From: Eledone cirrhosa
Taxonomy: Eukaryota
Direction of reading: 5' to 3'
NCBI GenBank assembly: GCA_964016885.1
Contig: OZ024743.1
Coordinates: 162,316,001-162,380,000 of the forward strand
Length of the DNA stretch: 64,000 nucleotides
Shown here: positions 43,311 to 56,935 of the stretch, piece after piece
How positions within the stretch are numbered: the first letter of the stretch is position 1
Layout: every line of letters starts with the position of its first letter
Made by a program: the position numbers and the translations under genes
The notes under the pieces: model-generated
Told to the model about the DNA's origin: nothing
The model's database searches: none
What the model saw: the letters and a program-made list of their open reading frames with translations, nothing else

Positions 43311-44305
43311 TTAAGTTTCATGACATAGAGGATGTTGTGTTTACATTGAGACAGAGGAAGAAACAGAGAAAGAGAGAGGCCGTATGTGTGTGAGAGATAG
43401 CTAGAGAGAGACAGAGACAGACAGAGAGAGTGAGTTTACGATGCTCCATCACTTGTTGCTAATGTGTTGCTTGTCTAGTCTTTTCTCAATCTAGTATTGT
43501 ATTTATTTTTTCATCTGACTGTCTGCCTGGTTATAGCTTTGCTTACGTAACTTTCTTTGTTGAGAATATTGCACTTTTTAATTTGTCTTCTAGCCAAGCA
43601 TTGTCACCTGTTTACATAGGTACGTAGCTGCACACACACACACGCGCACGCACACACACACACACACAAATATATATATGTGTGCACATGTGTGTATATA
43701 TATATATACAAAAGAGAAACATTCACATATTACATAAGCAAAGGCACATTTACACGTATACTTTTCTGATGTGCATGCGTTTGATATATGTGTGTGCGCG
43801 TGCGCGCATACGTGTGTATGTATGTGTATATGTGTGCATACATACTTGTATGCATCTGTGTGCGTGTATGTGAAACAAAATCTATTTAATTACACGAGAC
43901 GTATTAACAGAGTCGTTTTAGTATAGGTAGTATGATTAAACAAATGGGGTGGCAAAATCGGTAGAGCATCATGCAAAATGTTGGTGGTTGGTTGAATCTG
44001 GAGAGTGACAATCAAAAGGGTGTTGGTGGAATGACAGAATCGGTAGAGTGTTGAACAATGCATTTTGTAGCATATCATTACCATGTCCCTTTACTTTCTG
44101 ATCGCAAACCTCGCCAGAGTTGATTTTTGCCATACATCCCTCCTAAAACGATTAAATAAAGTAATAGGTCGATATAATTAACAATATCCTCCATAAGACT
44201 ATGTTGAAATATATACAGTAGTGAGATTAGAGTCGGATTGACTATTAAGTAAAATAAGCACATATATCAAGGGAAAACCTGTATAATAATAGAAATTCAA
44301 ATTAA

Positions 44306-44366
<61 letters not shown>

Positions 44367-44369
<3 letters not shown>

Positions 44370-45260
44370 ACTAGACATTGATTAAAATATAAATAAACAT
44401 ATGAAACAATCACAGGGGATAATTTTTACAAGTGTGTAAGCACACGTAGCTAGGTAGGTAACTAAATAAAGTTAACTAGAACTTCAAAAATAGATACCTT
44501 ATAATATGATTAATCTTCCCTGTATATATTCCATTAAAGAAACATATTTCACCAATTAATCGAATGGTAAACCACCTATTCATTAGAATCTTGGAGCTTA
44601 TTTTACGGGTGATATGGCGCATGCCTTTCTGGCATGACACCCATAATTTTGATTTAGATTAAATTCACTTTGATTTATCTTAATTTTGGATACAGATATA
44701 TAAATACGGCTCCTTAATTGTAGAGCTAACTGTGTTGAAAGGACTTGACTGCTGTTTCTAATTGTCGATAACCCTATTCACGCCACTGGGACGAAGCTGG
44801 TATGATGTGTGTATTTTTAGTAGATACAGCACGTGTTACTGGCCAGTCGCTGATTTGAACTTAATGCGTAAACATAGATCGCTGGACTTCTTCCTTGTTG
44901 AAAATCCAAGTATCGGCCTCCGTGGTTTACCATTCGATTAATTGGTGAAATATGTTTCTTTAATGGAATATATACAGGGAAGATTAATCATTATAAGGTA
45001 TCTATTTTTGAAGTTCTAGTTAACTTTATTTAGTTACCTACCTAGCTGTGTGTGCTTACACACTTGTAAAAATTATCCCCTGTGATTGTTTCATATGTTT
45101 ATTTATATGTTAATCAATTTCTAGTTGTTATAAAATGCTCGGACCTATTCATTAGAATCTTGGAGCTTATTTTATGGGTGATATGGCGCATGTCTATCTG
45201 ACATGACACCTATAATTTTGATTTAGATTAAATTCACTTTGATTTATCTTAATTTTGGAT
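44367..45260. mobile_element. Non-coding element with inverted arms (44367-44576 and 44922-45129) and a direct repeat (44575-44690 and 45143-45260), between (TA)n tracts
   Basis: Arms and direct repeats read directly. Implies a ~568-bp unit with a partial tandem copy plus an inverted end. Confidence 0.8.
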
Positions 45261-45347
45261 ATATATATATATATATATATATAAAGAAAGAGGTGTGGTA
45301 AGGAACCAGATAGACCATAACGCACCAGAGTACTCAATACTTAGGGT

Positions 45348-45729
45348 TTGAAATATGTATAATGAAATAAATATGGTTTTATAAATATAGTTTCCATTTG
45401 TTAATATCGTATATATATATATATATATGCAGAGGTTATATTTAATTATATATATATATAGGAAAATGTTTGACCCCGACGGCAGAGCTCAAGCCGTTTC
45501 GACGGCTATTTCTGGACTGTTGTTTATATATGTCCAGTGACAACCTTAGTGGGCCTGTATGTTCTCCAACACTCGACCAATTGATTGATACATCACACTC
45601 AGGGTTGGATAAAGCTCTTTCGAGGCCCTAAGTTATAGTGTCCATAAATAGTCATCGAAACGGCTTGAGCTCTGCCGTCGGGGTCAAACATTTTCCTATA
45701 TATATATATATATAATTAAATATAACCTC

Positions 45730-45770
<41 letters not shown>

Positions 45771-45830
45771 GATATTAACAAATGGAAACTATATTTATAA
45801 AACCATATTTATTTCATTATACATATTTCA
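45348..45830. repeat. Composite palindrome spanning several element ends and (TA)n spacers
   Basis: Arm 45348-45511 is the reverse complement of 45646-45830. Confidence 0.9.
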
Positions 45831-45920
45831 AGTTAAATTATGGTATGCCTTCATCAGACAAAATACAATTGCATTTTGAAAGGGTACGTCAATGTTTATT
45901 TATAAAACTGGTATATATTG

Positions 45921-45985
45921 TATTTTTTCTGATGAAGGCATACCATAATTTAACTTGGTATCCTTGAATTATGCATAATGAAATA
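45921..45985 (+). ncRNA. Hammerhead motif, mutated (GAAA>GAAU)
   Basis: CUGAUGA at 45929, AGGCAUACCA...UGGUAUCCUU, GAAU-UAUGCA-UA. Same family as 17322. Confidence 0.55.
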
Positions 45986-46112
45986 AATATGGTTTTATAA
46001 ATATAGTTTCCATTTGTTAATATCGTATATCTACTCCAAATACTTGTCGAGTGCTTTATATCAGTTATAAAAATATTTGCTTGTTGTATCCCAACAATTT
46101 AAATAGAACTTT

Positions 46113-46151
<39 letters not shown>

Positions 46152-47090
46152 CTCTGTACAGAGAGACGAACACAGATATATAACCAAATGCTTTCAAATC
46201 ACAAGGGACACATGTGCGTTATTTAGTCTTCTAAGAAATTGAGTAGTGAGGGATTTACTAGTTGTGAAGCATCGATTGAAAAACATCGGATCAGTAAATC
46301 TCTTCACTGAATTGTGAACAGTTCTACTCGAAAGCTGTCTGGATGCTTGATAGTTATCATAGTAGGTTTGTGTATCTCGATTTATCCTTTTAATTGAGTT
46401 CTGTGAACCTTACTATTTTTATTCAGTATTTTCTTCACCCTGGCGGTTTCTGTCTTTTGTGATTTGAACACATATAGTTATATATCTGTGTTTGCCTCTC
46501 TTTACTGTGTTATTAGGCTCGGAAAAAATTTTTTGCTTGAGCTAATTTGATTATAAGGGACTTTTGTGAGTTTTTAACTCAATATATATATGTTTGTTAA
46601 ATTGAACTCCTATGCTTTTGTTGAGCTTTTAATATATCGGGTGGTTCTAGCTGCTATTTTTTCTAGTAGCCTTATTTTCTATTTGATCCGCCTGGCACGT
46701 GATAACCATGTGATTTCTCCCTTAACACATGTGCGTTATTTAGTCTTCTAAAAGATTTAGTAGTGAGGGATTTACTAGTTGTGAAGCATCGATTGAAAAA
46801 CATCGGATCAGTAAATCTCTTCACTGAATTGTGAACAGTTCTACTCGAAAGCTGTCTGGATGCTTGATAGTTATCATAGTAGGTTTGTGTATCTCGATTT
46901 ATCCTTTTAATTGAGTTCTGTGAACCTTACTATTTTTATTCAGTATTTTCTTCACCCTGGCGGTTTCTGTCTTTTGTGATTTGAACACATATAGTTATAT
47001 ATCTATGTTCGTCTCTCTTTACTGTGTTATAAGACTCGGAAAATGTGTGTTCCTTGAGCTAATTTGATTATTGTGAGTTTTTAACTCAAT
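46152..47090. mobile_element. Partial tandem (~517-bp period) non-coding element with a short inverted end
   Basis: acacatgtgcgttatttagtcttcta starts at 46209 and 46726. 46152-46210 is the inverse of ~46455-46505. Flanked by (TA)n. Confidence 0.8.
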
Positions 47091-47096
47091 ACATAT

Positions 47097-47147
<51 letters not shown>

Positions 47148-47715
47148 AGAGAGAGAGACAAACAGGGAGACAAAGGTAGAGAGGTGACTTTAATATAGCG
47201 TGGGACACCCTAACTTAGGGCCTCGAAAGAGCTTTATCCAACCCTGAGTGTGATGTATCAATCAATTGGTCGAGAACTCGAGAACATACAGGCCCACTCA
47301 GGTTGTCACTGGACATATATAAACAACAGTAGTAAACTGAGGCTAAACAACATCTAAATATTTTATAAAACCCATATTGTCTCCCCAACCATTCGCTCAC
47401 TCGCATACAACTCAAGCTGATCTGTTAAAGGTCACTGTACTGTGTCATTAAGAATTACAATTTTAGCATCATTCAATTGTAGGGGACTAAGGTCGCTCTC
47501 AGCAATGTGTTGTGTGTAGAAATTATAGTGTCTGAGATATGTTTTTGAATTGATAATGTTTTGCTTGGTGTGATCTATTTGTAACGTTGTGTGCACTTGT
47601 GCGGTTTATACATACATACATACATACATACATACATACATACATACATACATACATACATACATACATACATACATACATACATACATGCATACATACA
47701 TAAAGGCATATATAT

Positions 47716-48212
47716 ACATAATATGAAAGAGTACTGGTGGAATGTTCCAGTAAAAACCCCAATAAGATGCAGGCATAGCAGACCAGATATAATGATATGG
47801 GACGGAGAAAAGAAGTCATGCAGAATAGTGGAAGTTAGCTGCCCAGGAGATGCCAATATAATATCAAAGATTAGCGAAAAGAAGAATATTTATGCAGAAC
47901 TAAGGAGAGACTTACAGATACTCCACCCTGACTATACCTTCAGATTTATACCTGTGATTATTGGGACACTGGGATATGTTAGTAACTGACTTAGTACAAA
48001 GCTTGAGAAGCTGGGCTTCACAGAAACAGAAAGAACACGACTAGTTAAAAAAATTACAAGTACAATCCATTAATGGGTTGTAAAAATATGTAAAACATTC
48101 CAATAATTCTGCATCTAATAACTCTATGTAAACATGTACAGATACAAAGAATATACACATGCACATATATAACTCAAAACATACACCTCCACACATACAA
48201 TAACATCCATAC
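47716..48212 (+). mobile_element. R4-type RLE family C, 3' fragment after (CATA)n
   Basis: HNMKEYWWNVPVKTP..RPDIMIWD..VEVSCP. Matches 50326-50820. Confidence 0.9.
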
Positions 48213-50950
48213 CTGAATACTATCTTCGACAGTAATGCTACAACTACAGCCAGGTTGAATAACTGGTTATTCTTCTAACTATCCCTTCTGACGACACCTT
48301 TTATTCGAATTCGTAAAGATATCCGACTAAATACATAATTCATTTTACAAGGATTTGCTACAAACAGCATGGCTGAATACAACATCAACAACAAAATTAA
48401 GGAAGTATCGAAGACAAACAACGAGAAAGGTAAACAAACTTTATTCAGTTGTAGCTACAGAAGAAACCGAAATTATAAATCGCATTTCTCTTGGACTTAA
48501 TGATGATTTATTTAATTGTTATAAAATGGCAAAAAACAATCCCTCCATTGGCTATATAAACAGAAGGAAGCTACACTGGGACGAAATGGACCCAGAGCTA
48601 AATTATTTCACAGCGAAACAATTACGCCAACAAGCGACGTTTGTTGAACGTAAAAATAAGATAAATATTATTAATTGTAAGTCACCCACAACAAACATGG
48701 GATTAACAACACGTGCTACAGGTCGCCATGCTACTAGACTTCCTAGCAGCCAGGTTGAACAGCGCCTTTGAAACAACTATGCCTGTAAGAAACTTGACAC
48801 CACCTGTACCATCTAAGTCTACCTCGAATGCTGGGGAAAACACTATCGATAATAATAATAATCGAAGAAATAATAATAATAATCGACGAAATTTGACACC
48901 ACGTGTACCATCCGAGTCTACCTCGACTGTTGTGGAAAATACTAGCGATAATGATAATAATCAAAAGTATAAACAATTGAAAATTTCCCTCAACGAAATC
49001 TTCCAGAGAGAAATTAATTCATGTATAAACATTTCTCTTGTTGAAAGTTTTAAAACAACAATATTTAATAAAAAATAAAAAAATAATAAAAAAATAATGA
49101 AATATTACGTGTTATTGACGAAATGGGGGATGAATATTTACGACGGATAAAAACCCCAACATTTTGGCAAATCAACGCCTGTTTATATGCCTTAGCAACG
49201 ACAGTGAAGCTTTATCTTGGTAGCAGAGATATTAACAAGAACAAAACACCACTAAAAATACCATCATATATAACTAAATTAGAAAAAAAGATTGCTGACC
49301 TACGAAAAACCATAGGATATGTGACAATGCTCCTTACATGCAAACAAACACAAAAAAACCTCACACCTCACCAACAAAGAGTGAAAAATAAAATAGAGAC
49401 GATGTTTGGTAACAGTAGAACCAGAACACTTCAATATAATCAGTGCTTAATAAAAGATTCGGACGAAACCAAACGGAACTCTCTGCGCAAAACAAAACAG
49501 TGGCTCACAATGTGTTTGCTGTGCCTGTCCTAACACCAACGTTTGAAATACTTAATTGGACAATAGACGAAATCCGAGCAGTTGATGTTGGAACTCGAAA
49601 AATACTAAACAACACCGGAAACTTCCATATCAACAGTGATATAGACCGCTTTTACTTGAAACGTAAGCAGGGAGACAGAGGCCTAACATCAGTCCAGACA
49701 GCATTTGAATGTCGCATCATATCCCTCCGACAACATCTACGAACCTCAAAGCGTAGGAGCCTGCTTCTCGAGCAAGTCTATCTGCATGAAACAGATAAGA
49801 TCATGAGAGTTGGGAAGGAACTCCTCGAGAGATATTCCCTGTGGGATAATCAAAAACTCACACCCAGGGAAGTCGCTCAGCAGTATCGCAGTGAATCCAT
49901 GGATGAAAAACTGCATGCCTATCAGCAAAAGATTTTGCACGGATATGTTGCCAGGAAGTTCCAGAGTGAGAGTAATATAGATAAGGAAAGTAGTCTATCT
50001 TGGACCAACAACCGCTATATTGGCTCCCACTTTGAAGGATACGCTTTTGCAATCCAAGAACAGGAGATTAGCACGAAATACTTGATTCACAAAAGAGATA
50101 GGGATGCAGGCAAAACACCTAGATGTGATAACAAGTGCAGACTCTGCAGAATTAACATTGACGATGTCACCCATGTCATAAGCACCTGTCCAAAGATGTC
50201 ATCGTGGTACTATTTACCTATGAGGCATGATATAGTGGCCAAAACACTGTACAATGCAGTTCGTAAAAAAGATAGCCCCGATAATAAACACATTAAAAGC
50301 TACAACAATGTGGAAGACATCCATGTACATAATATGAAAGAGTACTGGTGGAATGTTCCAGTAAAAACCCCAATAAAATGCAGGCATAACAGACCAGATA
50401 TTATGATATGGGAGAGGGAGAAGAAAACATGCACAGTAGTGGAAATTAGCTGCCCAGCAGATGCCAATATAATATCAAAGATTAGTGAAAAGGAGAATAT
50501 TTATGCAGAGCTGATGAGAAATCTGCAGATACTCCACCCTGATTACACCTTCAGATTTATGCATGTGATTATTGCGGCACTGGGATATGTTAGTAACTGC
50601 CTCAATACAAATCTTGAGAAGCTAGGCTTCACAGGAACAGAAAGAACACAACTAGTTAGGAAACTACAAGTACAATCCATTAATGGAACAGTAAAAATAT
50701 GTAAAACATTACAAAAATTTTGCATCTAATAACTACATATACACATGTACAGATACAAATATACACATGCACACATACAACTGAAAACATCCACATCCAC
50801 ACATACAATAACATCCATATCTACACATGCATGCAGACATACATATCTACCTAGTTGATGTTGTGTAAATTCCAATGAGAGAGACTTGTGTCTATGTTAG
50901 AAATCGACTCTCTCTCTATTGGTAAAACTTTGTGAAATTATAAAACCAGA
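48213..50950 (+). mobile_element. R4-type RLE family C copy with the RT core deleted
   Basis: The N-terminal piece (NDDLFNCY..WDEMDPELNYFTAKQLRQQA) joins at ~49445 to ORF 49443-50729 (thumb, CRLCR..HVISTC, RHD, RPD..EISCP). Ends in (CATA)n. Confidence 0.88.
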
Positions 50951-51042
50951 ACATACATACACAAATACATACATACATACATACATACATACATACATAC
51001 ATACATACATACATACATACATACATACATACATACATACAT

Positions 51043-51577
51043 GATGGCTACAACTCGATTTCGAGTAATGCCATCAGATGATACTTAAACATGAGCTTCA
51101 CAGATGTGGCTTTTTAGTCCTGCTAGGGACTTGGCTATGACCAGCAATACAATACATCGCAAACAATGTCACATATCAAGCGATGCCTGTGCTTGAAGCT
51201 TTTTTAAGTGACAAAAGGCTTTGCACGGAGCCAATCCCACTCTTTGAACATCAAATGCGTTTGCCCAAGAAGAAGAACTGGTCTACATCATTGGATGCAA
51301 ACGAAGTCGCAGGTTTTATATCAGAGTAACCTTCATCTAGAGAGATGCCCTAATGAAGATGAGGAGTCTCTCGCTCCACAAAAAAATATTGGATGGCCGT
51401 TGACTCTTCTAAGTTCCTCCGCCCTTTGACGGATTTTGTTTTCATTCCGCAGGGTGTCCAAAATCACCCTCTTCACTAAGCAACCATGGTGGGCTTGCCG
51501 GTTTAGTCGCCGACGACCCGACCATGCACAGGTTGTACTGGGTCACATGTTACCAGCAGCGCTGAAGAGTGACCTGA
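51043..51577 (-). mobile_element. Short non-autonomous RTE derivative (5' part fused to ORF2 3' end) within (CATA)n
   Basis: The minus strand encodes AKSLAGLKSHI (compare RSLAGLKSHI at ~61730). 3' stem-loop atggcattactcgaaatcgagttgtagccatc resembles 61261-61300. Confidence 0.7.
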
Positions 51578-52883
51578 CATACATACATTTAAGATGAATA
51601 CTATTTCAAACAGTAATGCCACTACTATCACTCGTGTTGTAAAAGTGGATATTATTCTAATTATATTCATTGAAAATAACTTTTATTCGAATTGTAGAGA
51701 TATCCGTCTAAATATTGAATTCACTTTACATGGATTTACTACAAACAACATGACTGAACATGTCGACATCAAAATCAACAACTCTGATGAAGAATCGAAG
51801 AAAAACAACAGTGAGAAAGGTAAAAAGAATATTTTTAGTTGTAGTTACAGAAAGAACCGAAACTATAAATCGCAGTTTTCTTGGACCTACAAACCCAATA
51901 ACGGCCTATGTAATTGTTATAAAATGACATAAGAGATCCCTCTGTTTGCTATATGAACAGAATGAAGCTACATTAGGATGAGCTTCATCCAGAGATAAAT
52001 TATTTCACAACCAAACAAATACGGCAACAAGCAATGTTTGCCAAGCGTAAAATAACATAAACATTATTCAAAACAATAATATAACAATATTAAGTGATCA
52101 GTCTCCTAGATCGAACATGCAATAAACACATGTAGCAGCAGGCCGCCATATTAGGTTTTGTAGTAGCCAGTACGAACATCAACAACAAACAACAGCAATA
52201 AACAAAGAGTCTCTTGAAACAGCCCTGGCACCGAGAAATTTGAAACCCCCTTGTCACAACAAACTATACTTCAACTGCTATATCTTGCAGTTATGTTAAC
52301 CTCCTACACCAGAATACCGACAATGATACTAAGTCTACAATTAACTGAGAAGTGAAGAGTATAAAGAGTTAAAATATACTCTTAGCGAAATCTTCCAATC
52401 AGAGTTTGTGTATGAAGCTTTCTCTCAAAAATAGACATAAAACGACAATATTAAACGATATATATAATGACATTCTGCATGTTATCGACGAAATTGGAGG
52501 TGAATATTTACGACAAATTAAGCCTAATATTTTTACAAGTTAACTTCTGCTTATATGCCGTAGCAATGACAGTGAAGCATAATCTTAGTGATAATAGAGA
52601 TGTTAACAGAAACAAAACAACACAAAAAATGCCAGCACATATTTCAAAAATAGAAAAATAAGATCGCTGATTCACGGAAAACTATCGGCAATCACATGCT
52701 TATCACATGTAAACAAGAACAAAAGAAAATGATGCTCCTCCCCAACAACGATTGAAAAATAGAATAGAAATGATGTTTGGAGACAGTACAAGCAGAACTC
52801 TTCAATACCTCAAACAAGAACTGAGAGCTATCAGCGAAAACTCCGATATACGAAGAGAGTGGTTGAAAGGAAAATTATTAATA

Positions 52884-54478
52884 TAACGTTTCTGAATTTG
52901 TTTAGCAAGATTCTTTATCTGAAAACGTGTGTTGAAACCGATATTGTTATGCTTTGGGAGGGTCATGTTGCCAATAAGAAACATACGCACCAGCTGCTTT
53001 CACTCGAATTTATTATAAATTAAATTTATAAATTTAAGAATTTATAAATTTCCGGTTGGTTGGTTGGTTCCATAACCGGACGGTTGTTCATATATTGTCA
53101 AATCTCTTTCGTCACACATTCTGTGACCTCTTCAGTGACTGGGGATTCTTTTCTTTGTTTTGAGCCTCTCCTTTGTTTTGTCCAACGCCATCTTGTATTT
53201 GTGTGTGTTGTGTGCTTAGTTTGCGCATGTGTTACATCCGGTTGTCTGTGTGTGTTTTTATTTGTTTATTTATTTGTTTATTTACATGTTAATGGTTGGT
53301 TGTTTGTTCTATGTGTGTGTGTGTGTTTTCATTTTGTCCTTAATTGTAAGTTGTGATGTTGCTATTCCATTCATGTTTTCTATTTAATTTTGGTTGGAGT
53401 TCATTTATGTTTATTGCCTCTGTGATTTGTCTAAACATTGCGTCTTTTCTGTGTGTAGATTCTATTTTTATTTCTATGTTCTCTAATTTGCCCTTATGTT
53501 CTATTTTAGCATGTTGGTGGAGTATTGATGATTCTTTTTTATCTTGAAGTTCTCGCCAGTGTTCATTTAACCGTTCTCCTATACTACGAGCTAGCTCACC
53601 TATGTACACTATATTCTTATCTTTACATTGTCCTTCAGTACATCTTATGCTATATACTACATTTCTAGTTTTACAGTTAATATGGGCGCTTAGTTTACCG
53701 ATTATGCATTTCTTATCTATACAGGGAGGTCTTTGAAAGGGGTATGTATTGCTAATAAGTGTTTTTATGGAGGTAGCTGGTCTTTCTACTATCTTAATAT
53801 TAAGTTTGTGTTTATCTTCTAAATTTGTAAGCTAATTCACCTCTAGGGGTTGTATTGATGAACATTACACTCTGGTATTTATTGCTATCATACCATGAGT
53901 TTATTCTATTAACCTTATTCCTAGTTCTTTCTATTCTATTCCAAATTTTGCCCCTATACAAGAGGCAGGTCCCATTTGTATCATTATTTACCATTTTTTC
54001 CCATTTGGTTCTGGCTCCTCTATATACTCTGATTTTATCTCTCTGATTGTAACCAGAGAACTGCATACGGTGGATGAAGTGTTGTATGTGTCTCTATAGT
54101 TCTTTGGGGTTGCACATGCGGGACACGTTTCTCATCACCTGTACCAAATCCGCAATCAGTATGTTGATTTTGGTATGGTCCGAAACAGCTGAGTTTCGGT
54201 GGATCAGATATTTGGAAGTCATGGGTTTGGCATAATGGGAATGGAGGATTTGTTTTTTGTTATTAATGGTTTCTAACCAGATCTCTGTGTCTAGTACAGG
54301 TAATCGATGATTGGGGTGTTTGCTTGGGTAGTCTATAGTAACTCTAATACTCTGGTGGATCAACCGGAAATTTATAAATTTTTAAATTTATAAATTTAAT
54401 TTATAATAAATTGGAGTGAAAGCAACTGGTGCGTGTGTTTCTTATTGGCAACATGACCCTCCCAAAGCATAACAATAT
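52884..54478 (-). mobile_element. 5'-truncated PLE (RT C-terminus, GIY-YIG) with a ~120-bp inverted terminal copy (54361-54478)
   Basis: DYPSKHPNHRLPVLD..YAKPMTS; YIGELARSIGERLNEH. Same family as 24445-25962. TATTAATA occurs at both junctions. Confidence 0.92.
53097..53139 (-). ncRNA. Type I hammerhead ribozyme motif
   Basis: GUCA-CUGAAGA-G GUCACA gaaug UGUGAC-GAAA-GAGA-UU-UGAC. Confidence 0.75.
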
Positions 54479-56935
54479 TAATAAAACATTCAGCCGAAAC
54501 CAACCATCAATCTATAGAGATATAAGGGGGAAATCAATAAATGTCATAGAGGCCCCATCCAGAAAGACAGATTCCTTCTGGAGAAAAATATGGGGTGAGA
54601 AAAAGAAATTCAACCAAGATGCAGAGTGGTTGAAAAAGATACAAACGAACTACTGTTCCTGCATTACACGAAAAATATACAGCATCAATGATGATACCCT
54701 TGAAACTGTGGTAGGAAAAGTTTAAGACAAGAAAGTACCGGGAAGAAACTTGACTGCCGGTACAAAAAACCGACTTTCTATCGGATGTATCTTATCAACC
54801 TCTACCACAAGCTCTCAAGAGATATGTCAACCCAGCTGGCTGACATTAGTAGAAATAATATTAATCCCCCAAAACAAATACCCATTTGGCAAAAAACCCA
54901 CCGACCTATTGCATGCCAAAAACTAATGTATAAAATGTATACAGCCTGTCTGAACCTATTCCTCTAGGGCCACTGTGACAGCTACAAAATCATCACAGAT
55001 GAGCAAGCAACTGGGTAGAAAGGTGTTTGTGGGGGTGTTGAGCAACTCCTAATTAAGACAACTGCGGTGTCAGAAGTGCGGAGTCTTAAGAGAAACTTAG
55101 TTACAGTTTGGCCGGACTGCAGGAAAACATTCAATTCTGTTTCCCACTCTTTGATGCAAGAGGTTCTTCGACTTGCTAAAATCCCAGATACCATTATCAG
55201 AGCCATAGAAAACATATCTTTATCCTGGGCCACTATCCTGAAGTTAAATACAGAGGAGAACTATATTGTCACTAATAAAATAGAATATCGTAGGAGTATA
55301 TTTGCAAAAGACAGTCTTTCTGTCAATAAACCCCTTGTCCTTTATGCTTAGGAAATATGAAGGATATCTAATTGGTTCACATGAGGCCGAAAACAATAAT
55401 CTAACACAACTTCTTTGTGGATGACCTGAAACTTTATGCCAATAATATAAATGGTATGAAAAAAACTTAACCTGGTTATGACGTTCTCGAAAGATAAAGG
55501 AATGGTCTTTAGCCATGATAAATGTTCCTATATGATTGTAAAACGAAAAAAATAACACAAGCCAATCTAACCACATCTCTATTAATTCCCTGACTGTTTC
55601 ATCGGTATCTGGCGTGAAGTGCTACAGATATTTAGGGATAGATGAAAATATATCCTTTGATGGTATTTATAACAAGGAACAAATAACCAGGGAATATAAC
55701 ATCCCAATAAGGAAATATAGTCTTTTGAACTATCTACGCACAATAAATTAGTAGCCCTCAATGTGTTTGCTGTCCTGACACTAACATTTGTAATACTTGA
55801 TTTGACGCTAGATGAAATCCGAGCAATCGATGTTAAAACACGAAAACATCCTAACCAGCACTGGAAATATCCATATCAACAGTGGCATAGACAGTCTCTA
55901 CCTGAAACGTAAACAGGAGGCCTAACATCAGTCCAAACAACATTTGAGTGTCAGATAACGTCTACGAACCACCAAGCGAAGGAGCCCATCAATTGAACAA
56001 GTCTATCTACATGAGACAAATAACATCATGAGAGTTGAGAAGGATATTCTTGAGAAATAATCCCTGTATGACAACTAAAAACCCAGGGAAATTACACAGC
56101 AATACCGCAATGAATCCATGAATGAAAAGCTGCATAATTATCAGCAAAAAAATCATGTATGGTTGTGTTGCCGGAAAGTTTCAAAGTGAGAATAAGATAG
56201 ATAAGCAAAGCAGTCCATCTTGGACCAACAACTGTTATATTGGCTTTCACTTTGAAGAATATATTTTTGCAATCCCAAAACAGGAAATAACAACAAAATA
56301 CCTAATGCACAAAAGGGACAGGGATACAGGCAAACATATAGATGTAATATCTCCCTATGAGGCATGTTGTAGTGGCCAAAACACTATAGAATGCAATCCG
56401 TAGAATAAATAGGCCCAACAATAAATATATAAAAAGTTACATGCGTAATATGGTGGAATGTTCCAGTCAAAACCCTAATGCATACACATGAAACCAGATA
56501 TAACGGTATGGGACAGAGAAAAGAAGGCATGAACAGTAATGGAAGTTAGCTGACCAGCATAATGCTTAAGATTAGTGAAATTGAGAACATTTTTGCTGAA
56601 CTAATGACGAATCTGCAGATACTCAACCTTGACTATACTTTTATATTTGTACCTATGATAATTGTGGCCCTGGGATTGATAAACTGCCTCAGTACAAATC
56701 TTGAGAAGCTGGGCTTCACATAACCAGAAAGGTTACGGCTAGTTAGGAAGTTGCAAGTGCAGTCCAACATTAAGAGTAAGTTAAACATTTCAAAAAATCA
56801 GCCTGTAATAACTGCATATACACATGTATAGATGCAACTAGAGTCCCGTGACACGCCGAAGCAAGATGACTGGGAGTTGCTTCAACTGCAGGTTTTAAGG
56901 AGTTTCCTTCTCACTTAGTGACACCCATATATACG

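Larger units (their letters stand above)
51593..56835 (+). mobile_element. Old, degenerate full-length R4-type RLE family C element, interrupted by a PLE
   Basis: 5' part is homologous to 48213-49440. RT remnants RPIAC, EQLLI, VWPDCRKTFNSVSH, IFAKDSLS, VDDLKLY. 3' part is homologous to 49480-50760. Confidence 0.85.

Noticed and set aside
51480-51577. HDV-like ribozyme at the 5' end of the mini-RTE
   Set aside because: Hairpins exist (GGUCAC/GUGACC, GUCG/CGAC) but I could not assemble P1-P2-P3-P1.1 in the correct order.
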